A stretch of DNA of 40,967 nt from assembly GCA_026196545.1 (NCBI GenBank), contig JAPHSZ010000043.1, forward strand, positions 1 to 40,967, in the 5' to 3' direction. The translations under genes were made by a program, and so were the position numbers. How positions within the stretch are numbered: position 1 is the stretch's first letter; every line of letters begins with the position of its first letter. The notes below the pieces were generated by a model. It was not told the DNA's origin, did not search any database, and saw only the letters and a program-made list of their open reading frames with translations. Below are positions 23,601 to 30,300 of this stretch, piece after piece. The stretch is from Gammaproteobacteria bacterium. Lineage in GTDB: Bacteria > Pseudomonadota > Gammaproteobacteria > SZUA-229.

Positions 23601-26382
23601 AGCTCTGACTGCTGGTAGTTTGACCCAGAGCGGGATTATTAATAGTGATCAGCTGACAACAAATACCACGACGGGCAGTTTACTCAATACTTTCAGTAAT
23701 ACAGTTAATAGCTATGCTGCGACCAATACAGGATTGGGCAATGTTTCACTGCTGGCAGACTCTGGTACGCTGACATTGTCTGGTATTACCCAGAGCGGTA
23801 CGGGAACCGTTAGCATTAACAACACAGGAGATATTTCGAATGATGTTGCAATGTCAGCAGGTTCTAATGCTATCAATATAACTGCAGGTGGCACAATTTC
23901 CCAGACGGCAGAAATAACGGGGGGACAGTTAACAACTCAATCCAGCGGTGGAACTACCCTGTATCATGCTGTTAATGATGTTATTGATTTCAATGGCACC
24001 GACTCAACAGGTGGCACTATCCAGATTCGAGATGCCAATGCACTGAATATAGTTAGCATCAATACAACGGGTAATGCGGATCTAACAGCAGCTAGTCTGA
24101 CTGATAGCGGAACAATCAATGCTAACCAGTTGGTCACTAATACAGTAAATGGCAGCGTGCTCGATATCACACATGCTGTGAGTGATTACAGCGCCAGCAA
24201 CACAAGCACTGGTGATATTGTGCTGAATGATAATGTTGCAACATTAACACTTTCAGGCATAACACAAAGTGGTACTGGAAATGTTCTAATCAGCAATACT
24301 GGTAACATTATCAATGCTGGTGCTACCAGTTCTAATGCCATAAATCTGACAGCGGGTGGCACCATTGCCCAGTCAGCAGCACTCAGTGGTACATTGCTAA
24401 CAACCCAATCCAGTGGTGGCACTATCCTGGATGACGGAGGTAATAATCTTACTGACTTCAATGCTACAGATTTAGCTGGTGGTGAAATTCGAATTGTAGA
24501 TATTGGGACACTGAATATCGCCGGTATCAATACCAATGGAAATGTGAATTTAACAGCAGGAAACCTAACGGATACGGGGGCAGTGAATGCAAATCAGCTG
24601 GTAACAACGACGGTCAATGGCAGTGTGCTTGATGGTACACATAGTGTTAACAATTACAGTGCAGATAATAGTACGGCGGGTGATATCGTATTAAATGATA
24701 ATACGACTACTTTGACCTTGGGCACCATTAACCAGTCAGGTGGTAATGTGGTTATCAGCAATACAGGCAGTATTGTTGGCGGAGCAACAATTAACTCCAA
24801 TGCGATTAACCTGGCAGCAGGTGGCACCATTACCCAGACTGCAGCATTTACCGGTACAGTGATGACGACCCAATCCAGTGGTGGAACCACTCTTGATAAT
24901 GGAAGCAATAATTTTGATGTCTTTAATGGTACAGATACATCAAGCGGCAATATTCTTGTTGTAGATACTGGGGCACTTGATATATCAGGAATTAGCACCA
25001 GTGGTAATGTGAGTTTGTCCGCAGGTAGTTTAACCGAAAGTGGCACGATTGCTGGCAACCAGCTAGCTACTAGCACAGCGACAGGTAGTGTACTAAATGG
25101 AGTTAATTCAGTTAATAGTTATACAGCGAGCAATAGCAGTAGCGGCAATATTGAACTGAATAACAATAGTGCAACGCTCAGCCTGAATGGTATCAATCAA
25201 AGTGGTAGTGGTGATGTGATCATTACTAATACCGGCGCCATTGTAAATAACGGGGCTACAATTTCCAATGCAATCAATCTTGCTGCTGGTGGCACCATCA
25301 CCCAGACAGGTGCCTTTAGCGGAACATTGCTCACTGCCTCATCAAGCGGAGGTATTGTGCTGAATAATGCCGCAAATGATCTCACGGGCTTTGATGGTAC
25401 TGATGCAGCTGGCGGTAATATCCTGGTAGTTGATGCTAATGCTTTGGATATTGCAGGAATCAGTACCAGTGGCAATGTAAGTTTAACGGCGGGCAGTTTG
25501 ACAAATAGTGGTGCTATTTTGGGTAATGCCCTGGATACGACAACGGCAGGTGGCAGCATACTGGATCATACGGGTAACACCATCAATGCTTATACAGGTA
25601 GTGATAGCAGTGGGGGTGCAATTACACTGGTGAATTCCAGCGCACTAAATCTCGGTTCGGTAGTAACCGCCGGTAGTATTAATATTACATCAACAGGCAA
25701 TATAGCGCAGACAGATAATATTGCTTCCACAGGTGGTAGTGATATTTTAGTGACATCTGAGGCTGGCTCTATAACGATGGTAAATGGTTTGAAAGCAACC
25801 ACTACAGGAGGTAACATTACTTATCAGGCTTCTGGTGATCTGTCCCTTTCATTACTGGATGCGGCAGATGGTACAGTGGCCAATGTAGGCACGGTTACTG
25901 CGATTAGTGAAACTGGCAGTATGCAAAGCACCGACTTCTTTAATCCAAGCGTCAGGGCTGGTGCGGTAAATTTGACTACGGCAAGCAATATTGGCCAGGA
26001 TGAATTGAATGCGTTTGTTCTGAGTAGTGATATCGAGGGCAAAGTAACATTGACCTATGGTGGTGATGCGTATATCACTACCGCACCAAATATTAATGTT
26101 ACTCTTGATATAGATGACTTTGGTACTGGTGTAATTAACTCTGGTGCAGCAAGAAGCGCAGGCACCCAACGCAGCCAGTCGAGCGGCCTTGAGGATGTTG
26201 GTTTTATTGATTTAGCCCTGTTCTCAGATATTAATCTGTTTGTTGTTGATGGAATGGGTATTGCTCTGCCAGCAGATCAGAATGATGAACCGCCTATACC
26301 TGACAATATACATATTATTGATGATGACGAAGAAGAGGAGAAAAAACCATCTGGCCTGCAGGCTGCGGTTTTTCTAAATTAA
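14617..26382 (+). CDS. TpsA giant exoprotein (filamentous-haemagglutinin-type N-terminal TPS domain, beta-helical repeats), adhesin-like
   Basis: 3921-aa ORF (alternative start ATG 14629). The TPS domain hallmarks are NLVVDWQSFNV, VLNRI and FLMNPNGMLFG (NPNG at 14986-14997). The motif GGFAEVSGK...GLLLLDPDNVTV follows at about aa 455-495. The remainder is Thr/Gly/Ala/Asn/Ser/Ile-rich degenerate repeats, e.g. a 106-aa unit at ~17740-18380, and tandem 155-159-aa units near the C-terminus. The C-terminus is acidic (DDDEEEEKK). I see no VENN pre-toxin motif. Confidence 0.9.
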   Translation: MGVDMKLIFTKQWFRIGRLSFTDITCGLLLSSVLTSLPVIAAPQGGAIVAGQGNITTPSSSVTQVQQLSNNLVVDWQSFNVNANELVQFSQPTSTSAVLNRINDVLPSEIYSSIEANGLVFLMNPNGMLFGEGANIQVNGLFATNLNIDSSRFMAGDYAFESMGMIDGKIVNQGIISASTGGVSLVSDTGVVNEGQILATVGSVNLAVAKSATLDFTGDGMLQLSVSGEVLENAQALDEAIKNTGEIVAEGGDVLISGQVARDVFTNVVNNTGIIKATRVINEGGVIMLAGPSGDISNSGTLDVSGAEAGEIVVTAENIAHSGLIDASATEGDGGSVTLQSSNDTFLQGQSLISASADNGVGGTVHVLGNRVGLFDQSSIDASGLTGGGEILIGGDYQGKNAAIQNATRTLVTANVNLNADAIQTGDGGKIIVWSDEVTQFYGDISATGGNLFGDGGFAEVSGKQSLDFSGFVNLSAVNGANGLLLLDPDNVTVVNNGSDVLTSIDEFADTVCTNCNVDDGTIESVLFAGTDVLIQANDDITIDNRSINGTNSSGTTSTLTLLAGDDIIINNDINVAGDGINLVLSAGDAGATPTAGAESTADIFINGLISLGGGTFSATTRTNGVITGGSITAGAAADIITAAEVSFDAIGSIDVNTDAPLLSATSSTGTIKIDSTYSAGDVEIGTAGAVSGITTTDQTITLNSVDAGFNITQAVNAGASTVAITASDSGTTGDYAVSGTGVISSAGLTISAESAIDVVTATVNTSTVNLTTTSDTGDITVVEGNDLIASDVSITTNGNAQTIDISANSWDIDAAVIADATDTLVLRATGGDINDAAGTNTITATALAMQATGNINVASNAATIAANSSAGSIVINSAYTGSDLIVGSVIGGAGTITGLSAVDNTVTLNSAEAGIDIQEAISAGNGAINLTTTEAAPGSFDYDITDAGSPGTISTSGVLTVNADGLIDINTDLDGGTLNVTTSGAAAAGNITVVDTGASAITLSGVTTETDNQTIDLTSGAGWDVNASFGDANDSIALTATTGNIEGTGTITAADLTLTASDGGIGTLAAVNTAITGDINLETGGAGTLGNIDVSNSKTGLSTLNSVVTNTTSSPDDAQAVNLVASEGWDIQGSVGDVADTIQIVATTGNIEGAGTVTAADLTLTATTGGIGTLAAINTAAAAVSFETGGAGILGNIDVSNTHTGLTALNGVTTAADNQVINLLASEGWDIQGDAGDTNDTMTLTATAGDIDRSSGTAVLTAAALVLDAQAGGIGIGGAVDASAASISLITGGAGTGADADSGDIFFATTGGFSVSAFSGNISTDATTGQTIELSADSWNIDGASIGDANDSLVLNAASLGFSGVGTLTAAAIGLSATGANDINVITNAGSVAASTGTGDISITSSYNAGTLTVDAVGTLSGISTNGGTITLTSTDASIDVVESINAGAGAVTIATLDSGATGDYDISGTGGVATTGLLTLEADGGVTGLNVDLQATGTVNVASHGAGALGNVTLVDTSAMLISQIIGLTTDGIGTQSISWSADSWNIDGSTGNTADNLSLTATNGIAFTVGTLSAANLNLTASGGDIGTSPSKVSTNVAGTLTADGSNIYISDTNTGALTLGAINAGAGAVELVAANGFDGSGTITAGTLNLLALNAGAAIGSSGISIMTDISGALTAKTNNGDIYLSDAGSLLIDKIDAGAGDVELSAVGSISDAAGADTVVDIYAKNLTIDTTAGAGVSASDALNLQVAELIITNSTGDFFLTNAGALTLREVTAGSIDLFASGDLTVRGNVTTSAGGIALSSAGILSVLDDGNSSLISSNSTGGGASSIYTTNTYDYGAVALDTNGTGDISLVSNDIRIQTAYSTGTGWLPNGSHLYLVDPILMIYISVPDYLANIYEYPDATLNAGANSVIFDTYTASNTLALGSMLTNAEISRVTAASAIQFGTLANTGGIQLTSSINTNLIADTLLVTSGAVTNSVATNTLTADGLSIDAGSGIDLRVSSNTISAVNNTNGDIYLSFVGDATLGGAGQTIENNAADSKISIAATGNLVIANDFIVAGNGTVSLDANDDAIGTGSITRTAGTITANNVLLGTKGTTTAIGAAGSPDTIVVSSPNITAQTTTGDIFIQNDQAVNLTMSAGGNAEFTNTAGAISSVAAQSINATGNLTLRADDMQFDATSIVSGANINLYTQTATAGYLLGDNTNVAGRVELTEAELQTLSSTGVVTIGENGVNTGDIILGGVVDLSAESFSLALVTEGKIDTLSMGNILNLNNGASLTLDALNIGETNPIETVASIINVITNNGNVNLDNGLAIDDLQLDAGTGVVDINNTGYIVSSTALTAGAFTIDASEWFYLTSGSSITASTGDIAITVEAIGSYDFLILDDGTSIEATAGDLILTADRMVFDYNQFGGVGASALTGNNIFINPYTNGRGIVLGSPSLALEDTSVPYDITLNLNADELAMLDTNGTGGTVTIGGVGYTGNVDMGQTAVDLSLENFDFTVTTTGAIDDTTGAGIINALSLNTGKILTLNAGTGIGNTNAITFTSDSVSAINTASGDLALAPTDTITLGGAGITIDQQAPDGTLSINSGGDIIIAGDVSVSGGGLSTVELDAVGTITLDTGTETVTANTINLGLGGTTTSIGTSGTPVLLDGSVLNINSTGDAFIENKSATAAQLAGTTANLTFVQSGTGDLALGNVFSGVIDITTDLSDINGVAGQTVKGTDLMIVSAGSIGITENLSVDASNSLSLTTNGTGAAGSIIVRSGTAVPLSNLTTNNGDSNTIIGLVAPSFSIDSNLSGDNLLLNADGTINPLDPNAGKITINADLDYIDIYLGATESITQTAGVITATQLLINSANAVNLSDDGLGTYYSNDVDTLAASITNAGQDFAFNDVDDLNLGQIAGIAPLLTTAGITTNGGAINLTTGGALTQSALGVISGGALITNTDGGAALNSATNVVASFNGTDTTGNISLTDTGALIITGITTGGNVALTAGSLTQSGIINSDQLTTNTTTGSLLNTFSNTVNSYAATNTGLGNVSLLADSGTLTLSGITQSGTGTVSINNTGDISNDVAMSAGSNAINITAGGTISQTAEITGGQLTTQSSGGTTLYHAVNDVIDFNGTDSTGGTIQIRDANALNIVSINTTGNADLTAASLTDSGTINANQLVTNTVNGSVLDITHAVSDYSASNTSTGDIVLNDNVATLTLSGITQSGTGNVLISNTGNIINAGATSSNAINLTAGGTIAQSAALSGTLLTTQSSGGTILDDGGNNLTDFNATDLAGGEIRIVDIGTLNIAGINTNGNVNLTAGNLTDTGAVNANQLVTTTVNGSVLDGTHSVNNYSADNSTAGDIVLNDNTTTLTLGTINQSGGNVVISNTGSIVGGATINSNAINLAAGGTITQTAAFTGTVMTTQSSGGTTLDNGSNNFDVFNGTDTSSGNILVVDTGALDISGISTSGNVSLSAGSLTESGTIAGNQLATSTATGSVLNGVNSVNSYTASNSSSGNIELNNNSATLSLNGINQSGSGDVIITNTGAIVNNGATISNAINLAAGGTITQTGAFSGTLLTASSSGGIVLNNAANDLTGFDGTDAAGGNILVVDANALDIAGISTSGNVSLTAGSLTNSGAILGNALDTTTAGGSILDHTGNTINAYTGSDSSGGAITLVNSSALNLGSVVTAGSINITSTGNIAQTDNIASTGGSDILVTSEAGSITMVNGLKATTTGGNITYQASGDLSLSLLDAADGTVANVGTVTAISETGSMQSTDFFNPSVRAGAVNLTTASNIGQDELNAFVLSSDIEGKVTLTYGGDAYITTAPNINVTLDIDDFGTGVINSGAARSAGTQRSQSSGLEDVGFIDLALFSDINLFVVDGMGIALPADQNDEPPIPDNIHIIDDDEEEEKKPSGLQAAVFLN
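23380..25700 (+). repeat. About five tandem 465-477-nt (155-159-aa) coding repeats inside tpsA
   Basis: The landmark L-T-[QDEN]-[ST]-G recurs in frame at 23620, 24097, 24565, 25030 and 25498. Each unit repeats the strings INLTAGGTI.QTA...G.LLTTQSSGGT.L, F.GTD..GG.I..VD...L.I.GI.T.GNV.L and LTLSGI.QSG.G.V.I.NTG. Confidence 0.85.
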
Positions 26383-26405
26383 ATGGTAGTTGGAGAAATG
26401 TTTTA

Positions 26406-27293
26406 ATGAGTCGTGAAACAATTAATTGTGCCGTTATGTTTTCAGATGTTGCTGGAAGTACGGCACTTTATGATGAATATGGCGATACCAAAGCCAAAGC
26501 CATTATCGAAAATTGCCTTAATATAATGGCAGAGATAACAAAACGTTATAAGGGTGTGGTAATTAAGACCATTGGTGATGAGATCATGTCGCGCTTCCCA
26601 ACGGCTGAGGATGGCGTTAAAGCGAGTTGCAGTATTCAGGAAGCGATTAGTATTTTAACAGGACCTGATGACAATCCCATGGCAGTGCGAATTGGTATCC
26701 ATGCGGGTGAAGCCATTCTGGATGATAATGATGTTTTCGGCGATGCAGTAAATGTGGCGGCACGTATGGCTGGTATTGCCAAGGCGCGTCAAATTATTAC
26801 GACTGAAGATACCTATAACCAGCTTTCAGAAGATTTACAGGAAATGGCAAGGGAGTTTGATACAACCTCGGTAAAAGGGAAGCAGGATCAAATTACTATT
26901 TATGATATTGTCTGGGATGAAGAAGATGATGTAACGAGAATGTCGTTTACACCTTCACAATCAAGTAGTGATAGCCAAATAACCATGACCTACTCAGGGC
27001 AGCAAAAAATTCTCACCCAGGCTGATACGCCAATCACTATTGGCCGTGGTGCCAAAGCTGATATCACAATTGATGCTCCACTGGCTTCTCGTAGCCATGT
27101 AAGGCTTGACTATAATCGAGGAAAATTTGTTCTGTCTGATCAAAGTACAAATGGCACTTTTATAAAACTTGCTGATGGCAAGGAAGTTTATCTTCGTCGA
27201 GAAGAATTGCCATTAAGTTCACGAGGCGCTATCAGTTTAGGTGAAAAGATTGATGAAGCCAGCCCGCTAATTATTTCTTTTGAAGTTAGTTAG
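26406..27293 (+). CDS. Soluble class III adenylate/guanylate cyclase fused to a C-terminal FHA domain
   Basis: 295-aa ORF with a GGAGA RBS (26392-26396), starting 23 nt after the tpsA stop. Cyclase motifs are VMFSDVAGST (metal Asp), IKTIGDEIMSRF and IGIHAGEA....VFGDAVNVAARMAG. The FHA motifs are PITIGRG..ADITID....SRSHVRLDY..GKFVLSDQSTNGTFI. There is no TM segment or signal. Confidence 0.9.
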   Translation: MSRETINCAVMFSDVAGSTALYDEYGDTKAKAIIENCLNIMAEITKRYKGVVIKTIGDEIMSRFPTAEDGVKASCSIQEAISILTGPDDNPMAVRIGIHAGEAILDDNDVFGDAVNVAARMAGIAKARQIITTEDTYNQLSEDLQEMAREFDTTSVKGKQDQITIYDIVWDEEDDVTRMSFTPSQSSSDSQITMTYSGQQKILTQADTPITIGRGAKADITIDAPLASRSHVRLDYNRGKFVLSDQSTNGTFIKLADGKEVYLRREELPLSSRGAISLGEKIDEASPLIISFEVS

Positions 27294-27318
27294 CAGTATT
27301 TTTATAACTGTTTATATT

Positions 27319-30300
27319 CTATTCTAGATTACGAACCAGACGGAAACCAGTCGTGTTGCTATTTCCTGTAAATGGCTTCTCTAGTGAGATTTTGCAGTCA
27401 GAAATTGAATCCGAGAAATTTCCACCGGCCAGTATATAGCCATTATCGGCCTTAACTATCTCATCAACATTGCCTACATAATTAATTAAACCCCAGTTAT
27501 TCACTGAGCCGGATTTAACGGGTACAATATTTTGCCCTTTAATTAGTTTTGTGCCCAGACGCAGTCTGCAATTATAATTAGAGTTGCCTTCACGACCGCC
27601 AGAAGATGCAGCATTTAACCATTGATCATGTGATGCAATCTGGTAGTTAAATCCCGTCTCTGTTGATAGCCAGCTGGTATAACTTTCAATAATCTCTTTT
27701 GGTACATTAGTGGCGGGAAGCTCTTGATCCGGAGTTGTATTCTTTGTGCACTGGTTTGTCGATTCGCAGTAATTATTTAGTTCTTTAATAGAGATCTCAT
27801 ATTTGCCGATAGCATAAGGTTCTGATTTTATAGAAATGGCTGGCACCACAACCATGGTAGGCGCGGGTTTCTTTAAGGACAACACGACATCATTACAGGC
27901 GCCGCGAGTCTGTTTACCAATACCCTGAAGATCCTTGCGACAAAGTTTTGCATTGGCCTTTACCTGTTTCATTATGCGGTCATAATAAAGCCGTTCCTTG
28001 TTGTAAGAAGGATTGTCTTTCCACTGCGCTATCGAGTCATTGAGTGCTTTATCTGCTTTATCATACTTTTCTTCGCTAAAATATTTGATGTATTTTTTGT
28101 AAATATCATCAGCGACTTTTACCTGCTCATTAAGCATTTCTCTTAGCTCATCAACCTGGTAATGTGAAGGATGTATAGCAATGGCCCTGTTAAGGCTTGT
28201 TTTGGCGGCGGTTAGATTTTTTTGCGACACTTCAATTTTACCCTGAAGCGAAAATTTTGATGGTTTTGGCAGTGGCTCAATGGATACATTGGCGATAATC
28301 TTTGAATTTACCACTGATAATGCATATTCTTTTAAACGATGTGCATCAAGTAAGTCTATCTTGGCCAGGGGTATGATTTCAAAGTTGATCAAGTAACCAA
28401 TTTTATTAACAATAAAAGAATAATCATCAGGATATTCTAATTTAAGCGTTTTTAATAACTTCTCTGCATTGATCTTGTCCTCTTCTTCTCGAGTCAATAC
28501 CAGCCTGGCGACTTCCTTTGTGGAAATTTCTTTTTTATAGACTCTTATCTGTTTCTCTACGTATTCATTGCTAAAGTATTCTTTTGCTTTCTGCGCATTG
28601 ATGAAAGCGTTTTCATAATTATCATCATTGGCATTGCTTTCAGCCAAATTTGAATACATTCGTGATATTTCTTTTTGTGCATATTCAATAAACTCGGTAT
28701 CATCTGTGTTATTAACAATTTTTTCATATGTTTCAACCGAGTCTTTGAGCCTGCTTTCTGCTGCTATATTTCTAAATATTCTCTTTTGATTTTCAATGCC
28801 GGCTTCAAGCTTTACGCTCATTAGCTCAGCTTTATATCTTTGCGTAGTTTCGTTTAAACGGTTGTTAGCCGATTCTTCTGTATTAGCAACAGTAAGTAAT
28901 GAGCGGTACATATCATTGTAATAACTAATCAGTATTGCTCGGTTTTCTTTACCTAATGATTCTGCGCTTGTCTCATAATCAAGATTATAGTGGGTAAGGG
29001 CATTGATTTTGTATTGGCTGATGCTGGAGCGTATTGCTGCTATATGATCTATTAGTTTTTCCAGGTCTGTGTCATTATTTATGAAATGAGTTTTTACAAA
29101 TATTTTATTGTCTGTAGTTGCTGCATCTATGTTGTCAACTTCCAGTTGCTCGGAATATTCTATTAGCTCATTTGTTGGCAAGGCAGCAGAGAACAGCTGC
29201 AACAGTTCTTCCGCCTGCTGGCTATCAATCGTGCTTAATCGTTTAAATTCATTTTTGAATAACTGCCTGAAGTTTCTGTATGCCGGTTCATTGTTATTTT
29301 CTTCAAGGCTTAATATTACCAGGTCATTGATATAGGGCCTTAGTTCACTGATGCTTTCTATTCCTTCTGGTATGCTGTTTCCTGATTGAACTTGTGCTTT
29401 GCTAATTTGATTTTTTAATCTATTGAGGATAATTTCATCTGAAATATTTTTGTATATCAGGCTTTGCGGCACATATTCCAGCCCTGTTGCCAGATAGATA
29501 CTGGCTGTTTCAAACTGTTTCTTCTGTATTGATTTTTGTGCGGCATCATAGTAACCAAATTCCAGCCTGGGATCTTTAAATGCTTCGTCCTCAGGCGCGA
29601 TTTTCTTAAGTAACTTTAATGTGTCAGTCATATCATCCTTGCTGTCATCGGCTAACAAATTACGCGATAGTAGCTGTTCCATGTATTTATCCTGCAACTC
29701 TTCAATCAACGCACTCTTTTGATCTACAATTTCTACAGATAGGTCTTTAATTGCAGCTGAGTCAGGATAATAGCTCAATGCCTCATCAATAAAACCAGTG
29801 GCTGTTTCAAATTCATACTGTTCCTGCTCAACGTTGAAGGCTTCCTGGATTTTTTCTGTGTATATCTGTAATGCTTTTTCTTTAATGCCGTTTTTAATGG
29901 CATTACTTTTTTCTGTTTTATACTGTTTTAATGAAGCTAAAGTTTGGAGCAGGCGGGTAGTTGAGCCATTATTTGCCTGCAGGATTATTTTGTCGATTTC
30001 CTCCTGTTCATAATAATTGGTAATGGGTTTGTAGCCAAAACCACCAATCAGGGCCAGAGTAACAACAGTGCCAAGAACAATTTGTTTGGTATAGTTCTTT
30101 CTGCGACGGATCCCATCCAGAAACTCTTCCATAGTTTCTGTGCGTTTTTCGCGGGTAAACTCCAGGGCTTTTTCCAGCGCTCTTTGCTGGCGTTTGGTAA
30201 AGCCATCAATCACAGGTGGCTTCATGCCTTTTTCTTTGGCTTTTGGTGCAGTTCTTTTCTTGAATGGGTGTTTTCCGGTTAATAGCTGTACCGCCACACA

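Noticed and set aside
15125-26169. About 30 ORFs of 60-170 aa in the track within 15125-26169, mostly on the minus strand with a few in other plus-strand frames
   Set aside because: All lie inside the 3921-aa tpsA frame, mostly antisense. Their Pro/Val/Ala/Ser/Ile-rich, low-complexity translations are what is expected from reverse-reading or off-frame reading of GGT/GCA/ACN/AAT-rich repeat codons. None has a recognisable motif or RBS.
14617-27293. Contact-dependent inhibition (CdiBAI) interpretation of the TPS locus
   Set aside because: I find no VENN or other pre-toxin demarcation and no distinct C-terminal toxin-like domain, since the end is acidic and low-complexity. The downstream gene is a 295-aa cyclase-FHA rather than a small immunity protein.
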